A stretch of DNA of 64,000 bases, taken from Scyliorhinus canicula. Lineage: Eukaryota. The stretch covers positions 204,061,199 to 204,125,198 of the forward strand of contig NC_052146.1 in NCBI RefSeq assembly GCF_902713615.1. Reading direction: 5' to 3'. Position 1 is the stretch's first letter. Each line of letters begins with the position of its first letter. Below, piece after piece: positions 1-11,959 of this stretch. Made by a program: the position numbers and the translations under genes. The notes under the pieces were generated by a model that worked only from the letters and a program-made list of their open reading frames with translations, made no database searches and was not told the DNA's origin.

Positions 1-900
1 AACAACTAGCTGATTAAAGCATCAACATGGCCTCAGGATGCCGGCCAGGAAGAGTGAATAACTCATGTGGGAGGGGTCTTTGATTATGCTGCCCGCTTTC
101 CCAAGGCAGCGGGAGGCGTAGACAGAGTCAATGGACGGGGGGAGGTTTCGCGTGATGGGCTGTGTTCACAACTCTCTGTAGTTTCTTACGGTCTTGGGCC
201 AAGCAGTTGCCACACCAGGCTGTGATGCAGCCCGATAGGGTGCTTTGTATGGTGCATCTGTAAAAATTGGTAAGATTCATTGTGGACATGCGAAGTGAAG
301 GCACTGTTGCGCTTTCTTGGTCGTAGTGTTGACGTGGGTGGATCAGGACAGGTTGTTGGTGATGTGTACACCTAGGAATTTCCATTTCCATCAACTATTT
401 CCATCTTGGCACCATTGATGCAGACAGGGGTTTGTACGACACTTTGCTTCCTGAAGTCAATGACCAGGGCTGGGATTCTCCCTTTTGGGGACTAAATCCC
501 CACACCCGCCGGAAAACGGACGAGAATCACTCTGGAATCTTTCCTCCACCCGGAGTCAGATTCCCCCCGCCCCCCCCAACCAGGACCGCCACCACGGCCG
601 CGGGTCCCAGCTCCCACTGGGTGGTACCAGATGTAAACCACGCTGGCGGGATTTCGGCTGGTCGCCCGTGGAGAATCACCACGGAGGCCTATTTCAGCAA
701 ACCCAAACCGGCGCCGAGGCGACCGCGTGGGCTCGATTGCCACCGATTTTCCGGTCGCCGGAGAATCGGCGGTCCAGTGTCGGAGCGGCGTGGTGGGAAC
801 TTTCTGCACCCCCCCGGCGATTCTCCGACCCGGCACGGACCCAGAGAATCCCTGCCCAGATCTTTCGTTTTTCTGACATTGAGGGATAGATTGTTGTCGT
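1..900 (-). mobile_element. Rex-Babar-type LINE, decayed 3' ORF fragment, split by a MITE
   Basis: The minus strand translates as DNNLSLNVRKTK|DLVIDFRKQ...INGAKMEIVD and LTNFYRCTIQSTLSGCITAWCGNCLAQDRKKLQRVVNTA, typical of the Rex1/Babar RT C-terminal (DUF1891-like) region. The frame rejoins across the 467-857 insertion. Confidence 0.8.
467..857. mobile_element. PIF/Harbinger-type GC-rich MITE
   Basis: TIRs GGGCTGGGATTCTC...GAGAATCCCTGCCC. CAG at both junctions (465-467 and 857-859). Removing the element restores the host LINE codons K-D-L-V. Confidence 0.85.
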
Positions 901-1634
901 AAAGATAAAGTAATGGCTATTAGAGATAGAGGGAATTTAATGTCATGAGATCTGCCTCCACGTTTGTAATAAGCAGAGCTTCAAAATAGCTGAGGAGGAC
1001 CTCTTCCCACATGAATGTGTGTAACGCAATGTGTCTACAAGCACGGTCTATGTAAAAAAAAACAGATCAAATGCCAAATGAAAGCGCAATAAATCTGTGA
1101 AAATGTCTTTATTCAATTTGTTCACACCTTAAAAATGGCCTGATGTTGTAAAAGGCTGAAGTTTTGCAGTGAAAAATGTCAGGAGTTCGCTTCTGGAAAA
1201 ACTCCAGAATCTTTTTCTGCTTGGTGCGCTGACAGCAGAGAGATGTGATACAGTCAATGCCGTCAAACCTGTTTCTGGGCTTTTTGTTCATCTCTATGGC
1301 CTTTGCAGCATCGACTAGGGTAACAGGTCGGCGAGCGGACAAGCATTTATCGGTCTTCTCGGACTCTACGATTACATGCTGTGTGGTCTCGCTCCACTCT
1401 GAATAGCACGGTGCTGCCTTATGACAAGCTTAGACAACTTTGGCTAAACTAGAGTCACCAGTAAGAAATTTTGGCTTATTTTGGGCACAGGGTTTGCTCT
1501 TCTGCTGGTGTGAATGGTTGGCGACTTCGATACAATTGGAATTTCAAGTCATCCATGTTTCATTCATTGTAATTTTACTGTATCTGAAAATGGGAAATTG
1601 GCAGCACATCTTGTTTTAGAAGCGAAACTGGAAA

Positions 1635-1990
1635 AGTGGAGACAGTGGTGCAGTGGTTATCTTATAGAACTAGTAACCTTAAAAACCCAGGCTAATCTTC
1701 TGGGGATATGGCCTCAAATCCTGCCATGGCTTTAGGCAGAGTTTAAACTCAATTAATAAATCTGGAATCAAAAGTTAGTAAAAAAAAAAGCATAATTGAT
1801 TGTTGTAATCTGTCTCAGTATTGCCCTTAGAGAAGGAAATCTGCTAGTCTGGCCTATATGTGACCACCAGACCCACAGCAATGTGGTTAACTCGTAGCTG
1901 CCCTCTGAAATGGCCTTGGAAGGCATTCAGTTCAGGGGCAATTTAGGTTGGACTACAAATTGTCAGCGATGCCCATGTTTCATATATGGA
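1635..1990 (+). mobile_element. Older tRNA-derived SINE with CR1/L2-type tail
   Basis: tRNA-like head, a body shared with 18750-19140, and a tail (cagttcaggggcaatttagg...gcgatgccca) shared with LINE 3' fragments in this window. Confidence 0.6.
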
Positions 1991-2014
1991 ACAAGAAGGT
2001 TATACATTACATGA

Positions 2015-2355
2015 TAGTTTCATAGTTTCATAGAATTTACAGTGCAGAAGGAGGCCATTCGGCCCATCGAGTCTGCACCGGCTCTTGGGAAGAGCACCCT
2101 ACCAAAACCCTCAACTCCAACCTACTCCCATAATCCAGTAACCCCACCAAACACTAAGGCCAATTTTGGACACTAAGTGGAACTTAGCGTGGCCAATCCA
2201 CCTAACCCGCACATCTTTGGACTGTGGGAGGAAACCCACGCACACACGGGGAGAACGTGCAGAGTCCGCACAGACAGTGACCCAAGCCAGGAATCGAACC
2301 TGGGACCCTGGAGCTGTTAAGCAATTGTGCTAACAACTATGCTACCGTGCTGCCC
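2015..2355 (-). mobile_element. HE1/V-SINE-type SINE with CR1-derived tail
   Basis: Reverse complement starts gggcagcacggtagc (A box), has B box ggttcgattcc and a V-domain-like core, and ends ...gcactgtaaattctatgaaactatg. Confidence 0.85.
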
Positions 2356-2828
2356 AAGGGATGATAATACATTATGGGAAGGATTCTTTTTGGACTTGCC
2401 ACCCTCAGACAGTCTCAATCGCAGTGCTGCCCTGTTTAAAAGAAAACCTCACATAGGAGTGTGCAGTATGGAACAGGTGGTGAGGCATATGATACAAATT
2501 AGCTGATTCCATTGCTGGAATCTTGGCAGAAGCAAAAAGCAAGTTATATCAGACTCGCTGCCTGTTGTGCAACCCGCATCACTGACGTCAATCAGCTCAT
2601 CTGGTCCATCTGGCTTGGTGGGTCATGACCTCAGCTGTTCTACATTTCTTTTGGAGTGAATACTAAACAAGGTACCACCTGAAATTGTCTGAGTAAGCAT
2701 GTGTTGAAAGAGGAACGTCAGGGTTCACAGGGCATGGCAGTGTGGTCAACAGGATGTAAAGTCTGACTGGGCACACATGCCAAGGTGTCACCCACCCCAT
2801 GATCATGCCATGCTGCACTGGCCCAGCA

Positions 2829-3058
2829 TTTTTTAAAAAAGTGTTTTTAAAAAAATTTAGAGTACCCAATTATTTTTTCCAATTAAGGGGCAATTTAGCG
2901 TGGCCAATCCACCTGCACATTTTTTTTTGGGTTGCGGGGGTGAAACCCACTCAGACACGGGGAGAATATGCAAACTCCTCATGGACAGTGACCCAGAGCT
3001 GGGATTCGAACCTGGGTCCTCAGCGCCGTAGGCAGCAATGCTAACCACTGTGCCACTA
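2829..3058 (-). mobile_element. HE1-type SINE, short A/T-tail variant
   Basis: Same head and core; tail aattgccccttaattggaaaaaa...; about 16-bp TSD ctgcactggcccagca / ctgtactggcccaaca. Confidence 0.85.
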
Positions 3059-4381
3059 CTGTACTGGCCCAACATTGAGGAGGGAGAACTGTCTTTGGAG
3101 GACCCAGGTCAGGTGGACAGCCAGATTCGGACCTTTGCTATATGCTGTAAAGACAACAGCTACTAAACATTCAGCATAGGGCAGGCACAGCATTAAGCTT
3201 GTCTGGTAGTCATTGTGAAATGCTAGCTTATAGAATGGTGCTGTGCAGTGATCTCTCCACGTTCCCAACACGTGAAGGACTATCCCCATTTCAGTAGCCC
3301 TCAAAGGGTGATTGCTCTGTTACTTGGCTCCATACTCAAGCTTGCACCAAAGTTCCCTTCCCTTTCATTTTAGCCTTCACCTACTTAGTTCTTCAATTTA
3401 CAGCTAATTAATATCGATATTCTTTCGAGCCTCTTCTGGGACATTGGAACCTTTCTATTTGAGTTCAGGCCATGAACTTGAGCATGATTGGTGTCTTTCC
3501 ATTTTGGAAACAGCAATATTTTGACTGACTTCCAACTTGTTGATAAAGATTGGCCCCAGTTTGACCTGGAGTTAAAGACTATCCTGCAGTCAATGAATGA
3601 CCTTAAGAGGGCCTTAACAAGTGAAGATCCACATCAAGAAATTTCTGGGAAGCCGCAATGGCAGTGACCCTTGGAGCTAAAGGTGGGGTTTCCTCACAGT
3701 CCTTAACATCACCACCGACTTTGCCTTCTTTTACAGAGTTTAAGCACATCAAACAGAGCTCACACCTCATGCAGGAGGGCTGGGACTCATTTATTCCAGA
3801 GTCCTAGTTAATAATTTGACAATAATTTTTTAATTTAGCCCTATAATTACCAGTCACATAAATAGCAACAACTTACAAGAACACATCGGGCGCAATTTTG
3901 TACTTAAGCGAGAGTGCATCAAGGCCGTTAAATTGTGGGAGAGGCCAGAATTGGGAACTGCGCCGGGCTCCTATCTGTTTGCGATCTAACCGGCCCACTC
4001 CCAACGCTGAAATCAGGTTCCCGCCATAGCGTAGCAAGTAACCAATTAATCACCATACAATCAACGGGTGGCACCCTCTATCTAACAGCCCTCAGGGACT
4101 GCCTGGCCTCCCCAGCAAGTGGTCACGCGGGCACCGATTACTACTCCTTTTTACAAACGTGAAGCTGGCAGAAGGGCAGCTGCAGAGACTGAGGAGGTGA
4201 GTAGACACCTTCGCTCACCGGCAAAGGGCCCAGGGTCCTGAGGTTGCTGCCCCGATGCTCAGATGAGGTTGAGGGAGCTACCTGGGGGTCAGCCTTAGTC
4301 GGGGTTGACCACCATCGGTATGTTGCAGAGCAGGGGGCTGACCATCCATGGCCTGGGCTGCGGGGGGAGGGGGGTGGGGAA

Positions 4382-4400
4382 GAGAGAGAGAGAGAGAGAG
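4382..4400. repeat. (GA)n microsatellite
   Basis: agagagagagagagagag. Confidence 0.9.
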
Positions 4401-5229
4401 CGTAAGATGGGTGTCATGAGTGCCATGCCAACCGCTGGACTGTGTGGCCCATTCCTGGGACAACCCCAGCCCCGGTCCGCCTACCGCACGGACAACCCAT
4501 AACTCTCACTGACCGCGGATGTCTCTGACCACGTGGCTGAAGGCTACTGCTAATTCGGAATTGGCAATCGTATATAAGTGAGCACTTCACACATGCCAAG
4601 TTGATCCCCATGGGTAGGCGTGCCATGTATCATTTGGTGGTGATTGCCCAGCATCTCAATCAGACTGTGATGCCGGACACTGTGCCTGAACACTGCGGGA
4701 AGCAACACCACAGATGCAGCAGCCAGCATCCGAATACCGGGAACATTTCTGCGACCAGAGAGTGGGTGTGTGCACCGGGGAGGGGACCAGCGCCCGAATG
4801 ATGAGACTATATCGGCACTGTCAGCGGGTCATTGTCGAGGGCAGGGGTGATGATAACCCGCAGAGAGCTGAGTGCTGGTGCTCCTCAATCTATGCCATAG
4901 TCTGCCCCCTGCCTGTCTGCTGAGTGCTCACTCACACCTATCACCTGCTTGTGGTGGGGGTAGGGGGGAGGTGGGGGGTTGCTGGGCGGGGGACACGGCA
5001 TCCAGGACTTCCACATCCAGGAAGATGGGGCATGGGATTGGTGCTCACCCCGTATTGCGGAAGAAAGTGCCAGAGGCGTCATATCAGTTGAGGTCAATGA
5101 TTTTTTATAATTTACACATGTGTCCCCAACTGCCAACATAACCCTCCGAGACCCTCCTCCCACCCCTCCTTCCCACTACAACGCACCCAACTCCCCTTAC
5201 AACCTCCCCCTAGTGCCCTCTCAGTAATC

Positions 5230-7829
5230 CTAAATCTGCTTAGCCTTCAGTGCTCTACCGCTACGTCTAGGTGTGTCCTCAGGATCCACTTCAGAGGTGG
5301 AGGCACCTGCTGCATACCACGTTCCGTGGCCTTCGATGCCCAAGGCAGGGGTCATCTGGGGACTCTGGGGCCACTTGCTGGTGGCACATGCACCGCCGTG
5401 CCACCCTATTCTGGATGCTCACTCCAAGACGTGCTGTTGTCAGTGGGGTGGGTCTCGGGGGAGTAGGTGGCTGCCGCTACGACTCCAAAGGGTGGCTCCG
5501 GGTTGGTATCCTGCTCCCCACCCTCCCGGTTTCTGTCCATCGGGCCCTGATGTTCATCTTGGAACAGTGAGGCAGCTGGATTAAGACCCCGGCTGCCCCT
5601 GTATCATCTGGCTCTGCCAGCCCTGATGGCTCCCCAATGTCTGCAGCACGGTGTCGATGCCCTCAGTGATGCTCCTCAGTAACTGGGACATGTCCCACAG
5701 CACCTCGGCTATGCCCACATGGGACCAGTAGACCTCCCCTAGTGACTGGGACATGCTCTGGAGGTTCTCGGCAATGCCCACCTGAGACTGGGACATGCAC
5801 TACAGCGGCTCATCAAGGTCCACCTGGTACTGGGTAATGTCGTCCAGCAACTGAACACCCCCATATGTGCTGATGACATTGTGCGCTAGGCTCTCTCCAC
5901 TGCGGTTGCCACTCTAACAGTTTTGGCCTCGGTGCCAAGCATTGCCAGCGCCATCTCCTGCGTCCCCAGCCTTTGGGACTCCTCCAATCAGCTATGGACC
6001 TGCTTGAGTATAGCTGACATCCTCCTCCAAATATCACGGCTGCACCCTATCGACTGCATCAGCTCTGGGTAAACCTGGTCCAGAGGCTCAGCATCTGACT
6101 GGGACCCAGCTGGGTCCAGGGATCCAGCAGACCTCTGACTGCTGCCTCGCCTGGGGGTTCCTGCCTCCACCTGATGTGCATCAGCAACTGCGTGGTGATC
6201 ACCAGAATGTGCCGCAGAAGCCTGTCCACTAATATTTCCCAGCGAGGTGCAGGTATTTGCATTGGTGGAAGGTGGGGATGACGGTTGTGACGCATCCATG
6301 CTAGCGGTCTCTGAGCTCTCCTCTGGGAATTTCTCATGGGAGGGGGAGGGGATCCAGATGGCCCGCACCATTGGATAAGGGTCCTGTGGGAGAATGGGCA
6401 TGTGGTCAGTGGGTAAGATGGGTCATCCTGTATGGCATCAACAATTCATGTGTGACAGTTCATCTGGTGGGAGCTGCTGAATACTCACCTCTGCACTGAA
6501 CGCCGACCTCTATGTTGGTGTCAGATTTCTCCTCGGCCACCCCTAAGACCTCCAGAGCCCGTTCCTCGTAGGGGTGAGAACTGTGGGGGGGGTTTTCTAT
6601 GACCCCCCGCCGGGCCGGAGAATTGCCGGGGGGGGGGGGGGGGTGTGGCGGCATGAATCCCGCCCCGACGTAGGCTGCCGGATTCTCCGGTGCCGGTTTT
6701 ACGGCGGGGACGGGAATTGCACCGTTCCGGTCATGGGCCGTTGGCAGCGGCTCCACCAGCGATTCTCCAGCCCGCGATGGACCAAGTGGCTGCCTGTTTT
6801 CGCCAGGTCCCGCCAGCGTAAAATACACCAGGTCCGTACCAGCAGGACCTGGCTCTGCGGGCGGCCTGCGGGGTACTCGGGGGGGGTGCGGGGAGATCTG
6901 GCCCCGGGGGGGGCCCCCATGGTGGCCTGGCCCCCGATCTGGGCCCACCGATCCGCGGGCGGGCCTGTGCTGTGGGGCACTCTGTCCCCCCGCGCCAAGC
7001 GGTGTAACAGTCCACCATGGCCGGCGCGGGGAAGAACCCCCCGACGCATGCGCTGGGATGACGCCCCGCTGGTACTCCCGCACATGCGCCAACTCGCGCC
7101 GGCCGGCGGAGGACCTTCGGCACCGGTTGGCGAGGCGCCAAGCCCTTTGACATCGGCTGGCGTGGCGCCAACAGCGGCGGCCTAGCTCCTGAATGTGCAG
7201 AGGATTCTGTACCTTCCAGGCGGCCCGACGCCAGAGTGGTTCACGCCACTTCTCGGCGCCGGTATGGCCTGTCCCGCTGCGTAGGGGAGAATCCCGCCCC
7301 TGATGTCTACCACCCCGCCGCGCATTTAGGCCCTGTCCCGTCTGATGTGGGACAACTTATCCTGTGGAGACATAGGGAGGGCATTGGGTAGCTAACACGT
7401 CGTTCATCGCGGGGGTGGGGGGAGGCTCGGGAGGTATGGGGGGGATGGGTAGTATGGGGCGGTGGGGGGTATGGGGAGGGCAGCGAGGGCGGCACTACTA
7501 GACATTGTGGGCTGGGGCATGGAATGGTGTGGTGGGGGCTGTGCTGGGAGCATTCCCATTGTGGGGGGGGTGGTCTGGGTCCGATGCCAAATCACCTGTG
7601 CGGACCGGTGGGGATCATTGATCTTGTTACGCCGCTGGGTGCAGGTCCTCCTGGTCACACTACCCGAGCTGATGGCCGCTGCCACTTCCTCTGAGGCAGC
7701 ACTGGCTGCCCTGCGGCTGACCCTCTGAGACCCACGGGGTAACATGACATCTCGTCTGGCCTCGACAGTGTCTAATATTCTTCCCAGGTCGGCATCCCCG
7801 AATCATGGAGCTGGTCTTCTCGGAGGCAT
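5230..7829 (-). pseudogene. Three-exon Myb/SANT-like DNA-binding protein gene of a PIF/Harbinger transposon (MSANTD/NAIF1-like), disabled
   Basis: Exon 1 (7829-7596) MPPRRPAP*FGDADLGRILDTVEARRDVMLPRGSQRVSRRAASAASEEVAAAISSGSVTRRTCTQRRNKINDPHRSAQ, donor GTGATT. Exon 2 (7361-6489, interrupted by a MITE) DKLSHIRRDRA*MRGGVVDI...PYEERALEVLGV, donor GTGAGT. Exon 3 runs from 6383 (acceptor ttctcccacAG) to ...TPRRSGRALKAKQI* at 5230. In-frame stops and frameshifts are present. Confidence 0.8.
6584..7299. mobile_element. Harbinger-type MITE nested in Myb exon 2
   Basis: CTG TSD (6581-6583 and 7300-7302); right TIR GGAGAATCCCGCCC; degenerate left TIR. Confidence 0.85.
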
Positions 7830-9266
7830 GGCTGTGAGCTGCTCCATCTTGTTAGCGGGGGGAGGTGGGGGGCGGGTATTCTCCAGGGCCTCCGTGACTC
7901 TCCGCCTCCGATGGGCCGAGTTCCCGAAGACAAGGTCAACTTGTGCTTTTAAAAATGGTGAAACCGGTGTCGTGGCTGCTGCGGGAGAGAGAGGGGGCAC
8001 GGAAAGTATCCAACGTCGCCATAGTTTACTGACAGTTGTGCCGCTGGCCAGAGGTTTCTGTCAGAGCCCGGGGAGTAGCGGGCAATGGCCAGGAGGTGGG
8101 CTGTGGGGTCAGGGTGGCCGAGTACAGTATTGCCGCAGCCGTAAAGGAAGCCAAGCAGCTGCACAAGCCTCGGACAGCCCACTGTGAACTTAGGGTCATT
8201 TGTTCATGTGGGTGTCCCCCCAGGGCACACCCCTAGGTGCCCTCTGGCCCTAGCTGACCCATCAGCTATATGGGCATGCTCCAGCATGTTGTTGGCTGGG
8301 ATGAGTGTGGCTGGGGATTGTAATGTGTATATGCGGCTGCAGCTTGCCAATCACGGACCTGGCAAATCCTGTACCATTTTTCATTGGAATCGATTGTGTT
8401 CCATGTGGCGCCAGTGCTAGCCCGTCCACAGCCGCTAAATTGGCCCAGGTTCGGCGCCAACTCCCAGCGTTCCGACATAAACGGGCCAGAGAATTGCCAG
8501 GTCTGTGGCCGCACATGCGCACGGTGATGACCTGCAGCGGTCATGTCATAAAACGCGGTGTCGGCCGCGCGTGGACCTGGCCTGTCAGATAGTGCCCTCA
8601 TGTATCCCGCCTCGCCACCCCTGAACCACCCCCCACTAGTTCCCCCAAACCCCGCGGAGGTCCCCCGGAGAGCGGAGCAGTTCCACCTCCCAACTGTGGC
8701 GGTGCTGGACACAGTCCGCCGTCGACAGGCGAGGTTGATGAAAACTTCCCACATGTGTCCCGCGTCGTGTGGGAAGTTGGCCCATCAGGGGCGGAGCATC
8801 GGGGGAGGGCTTTCAGGTGACATCCTGAGGCCGTCCCAATGGTGTGTGTCGTACTCACCAATGATGCCGTTTTGGAGAGGGTGGGGCATCCGAAAACAGG
8901 TGCTGTCCCACGATTTCAGCGTCAAAAGGGATTCTCTGGCCAATCGGCAAATGCCGATTCAGGCGCGGCAATTGGAGAATTCCGCCCTTAGTCTCAGAAA
9001 CGGAGAATTGAGCCTAGAAAAATTTTCAATAAATCGCGTCCATCATTTTTCATGCTGCAAATTCTCCCAATTAAAAGGTACTTCGCTGGAGGGTTCACAG
9101 GCTTAATATGATAGCCAGCCACAAAAAGATAATAGGACAAGTCACCAGACGTGTGGTCAAAGGAATGGGTTTTAAGAAGTCTCTAAAAGGAGGCGGGAAA
9201 AGCAGAATAGTTTAGGGAAGGAATTACAGAAAATCAGCACCGGAATTGGAGAAGAACAGAGATCTT

Positions 9267-9921
9267 GGGCGGGTTTCTCCTGAATCCCTGCGATGGCCTG
9301 ACGCCGGAGTTTATAACAGCGCGAACCACTCCGGTGTCGGGCTGACCGGAAGTTGCGGAATCCTCCGCACTTCTGGGGGCTAGGCCGGCACCGTTAGCGC
9401 ATGCGCAGAACCGCCGGTGTGGTTCCGCGCATGCGCAGATCGGCCAGCGTATTCTAGCACATGTGCAGGGGGGTGTCTACTCCGCGTCAGCCATGGCAGA
9501 GCCCTACAGGGGCCGGCGCGGAAGGAAGGAGTTCCCCCACATCAAAGCCCGCCCGCAGATCAGTGGGCCCGGCACCTTGGGGCACCCCCCCCCCCCCACC
9601 CCGGGGCTAGATCCTGCCCGCAACCCCCCGAGGACCGCGACAGCTGGCCCACCAGCCAGGTCCTGCCGTGTGGGACCATTTCCAATCCACACCGGCCGGG
9701 ACTGGCCAAAGACTGACGGCCGCTCGGCCCATCGGGGCCCGGAGAATTGCTGGGGGGGCCGCTGCCAACGGCCCCCGACCGGCGTGGCATAATCCCCGCC
9801 CCTGCCCCTGCCCGAAAACTGGCACGAGAGAATACGTCAGCCGGCGTCGGAGCGGCCGGGGTTCACGCCGCCCCCCTGGGGATTCACTGACCCGGCGGGG
9901 GGGGGTCGGAGAATCCCGCCC
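9267..9921. mobile_element. Harbinger-type MITE
   Basis: GGGCGGGTTTCTCC...GGAGAATCCCGCCC with CTT TSD; reverse-complement homologue of 6584-7299. Confidence 0.85.
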
Positions 9922-9974
9922 CTTAAGTGGTTTGTAGGGCTGGAGGAGGTGGCAGACATCTTGACGGCAAGGCT

Positions 9975-10170
9975 AAAGAGAAATTTAGAAGCATGGATCA
10001 AAGAGAATTGAAATAAATTCTTGATAAGCAAGAGGATGAAAGGTTATCAGGGCGCAGGCAGGAATGTGGGGTTGAGGTTACAATCAGATCAGCCATGATC
10101 TTATTGGATGGCGGAGCAGGCTCGAGGGGCTGAGTGGCCTACTACTGCTCCGAATTTGTATATTTGTACG
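9975..10170 (+). mobile_element. CR1 LINE 3' UTR fragment
   Basis: agatcagccatgatcttattggatggcggagcaggctcgaggggctgagtggcctactactgctcc is a typical CR1 3' tail. Confidence 0.7.
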
Positions 10171-10915
10171 TCAATTATGGAATAACTGAAGATAGAATCT
10201 TGAAGGATATTTCTTACAAATCTTGAAAGCTCTCAATGAACCAACTTTCCTTAGACCTTCATGGTTCAAAATTGTATTTGGGCAATACAAATTGGCAATC
10301 CCTGGAACTAACAGGGCAGACTTTACTCCCCCTCTGCCTGCGCAACTCCCCCCCCCCCCCCCCCCCCCCCCCCGCCTACCTCCCCCAATTGTCAAAGCAA
10401 CTTGGATGTAGGGCAGAGGCAACCTACCAGTAGACCTATAGAGGAAAAAATATTCAGGGTTAAGTCCCCTATCTTTCCAACTAAAGGCCCTTAAGGACAA
10501 ACTGAGTTATCAATTAGCTACAAACAAGGACACAATGGAACATATTGTTAGAGACTGACATGTCGCGCAGGTCTTCACATATCACCTGTTTACTGAGGCC
10601 TGTAAAGTCTGTGACCAACTGCAACTTAATTAATACCTAACACAAAGTCTCTGTCAGTGACAGATATACCCCATTTTGGGTCAAGATCCTTTAGTGCAAC
10701 ATGATCTTAATTATGTCTATCGCAAGTAGGCGCTTGTGCTGGCTGATGTAAATGTGGGTATCTCTGGCCAAAAGAAAATACACATTCACTGGCAGCAAGT
10801 GGTCAGAATTGGTCAGCAGCCTAGCACTAACTGTGGGCGTCCATTCGCTTCCAGGTTTCTTAGTACCAAGCGAGCCAATGTGATGGAGAACAGAATTTGT
10901 AGTTTTGTCGAATTT

Positions 10916-11208
10916 GGGCAGCACGGTAGCACAGTGCTGACCACTGTTGTTTAACAGCACCAATGTCCCAGGTTCGATTTCCGGCTTGGGTCACTGTCTG
11001 TGCGGAGTCTGCACGTTCTCCCTGTGCCTGCGTGGATTTCCTCCCACAAGTCCCAAAAGACGTGCTGTTTGGAGAATTGGGCACTCTGAATTTTCCCTCT
11101 GTGTTCCCGAACAGGCACCGGAATATGGCCACCAGGGGATTTTCACAGTAACTTCATTGCAGTGTTCATGTATGCCTACTTGTGACAATGATACAGATTA
11201 TTATCATT
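10916..11208 (+). mobile_element. HE1-head SINE with alternative tail Y
   Basis: gggcagcacggtagcacagtg head and core, then gaacaggcaccggaatatggccaccaggggattttcacagtaacttcattgc...(tta)n. Confidence 0.8.
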
Positions 11209-11526
11209 AGTTTTTGAACCCCTGCCAGATGAAAGTTTTGTGGTCTTCCTGCTGTGAGATTCTCCACACAACCTGGTGACAATTTCAAAATGAGACAATT
11301 TCAAAACGGGTTTCTCGGCAGCGGGAGACTGCGCTGGTGGTGGCATTCTCTCTTCCCACCACTGTCAATAGGATTTCCTATTGAAACCACTCCTCGCCGC
11401 CAGGAAACTCACAGGGGCGGGGGGGGGGGCGCTGCAGAGAATCCCACTGCCAGTGAATGGCCAGAGAATTCCGACCAATGTTTTGGCAAAATGTTGAACT
11501 TCGGGCTTTGCTTATTGCAAATGAAT

Positions 11527-11690
11527 GGGCACGTGTGGAGTTTGCACATTCTCACCGTGTCGTAGCGGGTCTCATCCCCACAGCCCGAAAGACGTGCAGG
11601 GTAGGTGGATTGGCCACGCTAAATTGCCCCTTAATTTGAAAAATGATAATTGGGTATTCTAAATTTATTTTGAAAAATTATTTTTAAAAA
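11527..11690 (+). mobile_element. 5'-truncated HE1-type SINE (short tail)
   Basis: Core gtggagtttgcacattctc...aaattgccccttaatttgaaaa. Confidence 0.75.
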
Positions 11691-11959
11691 ACAAACGACT
11701 GAGCAACTTATACTTGCAACAGGATATGCACCCTTGGAGTAGTTCCATGGACAATTTGTCTCCATTTTGAAATAGGGTTGAAGGAAACAGCTTTGATATG
11801 AACTCTACTTATTTCATAAAATAAAATAAGATGCATGAAGATAAAAATTCCTGGTAGCCATTCATTTTATACTGAATAGCTCATAACATGCAGGCCCAAA
11901 GGGGCCACTCCCTATTTTTTCTCATCTGATTGCTTCGCAATGTCAACTTATGCTTAAGT

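Larger units (their letters stand above)
3888..8987. mobile_element. Harbinger-derived non-autonomous DNA transposon (composite, outer boundaries uncertain)
   Basis: TIR-like ends GGGCGCAATTTT (3888) and GGAGAATTCCGCCC (to 8987). Contains a Myb/SANT-like gene. 7860-8050 resembles the MITE at 22120-23178 and about 8470-8987 resembles the MITE at 30553-31136. Confidence 0.55.

Noticed and set aside
1109-1342. Minus-strand ORF or possible 101-nt exon (1228-1128) RTKQKKILEFFQKRTPDIFHCKTSAFYNIRPFLR
   Set aside because: The acceptor is plausible but the donor (GTGTGA) is weak, the peptide is not recognisable, and I found no partner exons. It would need BLAST or RNA-seq support.
2583-2590. Perfect CRE site TGACGTCA
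   Set aside because: A single 8-mer is expected by chance in 64 kb, and there is no promoter context.
3480-3720. Faint RT-like peptide on the minus strand (SWKSVKILLFPK)
   Set aside because: Too degenerate to assign to a LINE clade without a search.
6460-7185. Long overlapping ORFs (146-210 aa), and similar ones at 432-902, 8558-9106, 29500-30160, 30744-31301 and 61319-61870
   Set aside because: They arise from stop-poor GC-rich MITE sequence and encode low-complexity Pro/Arg/Gly/Ala peptides.
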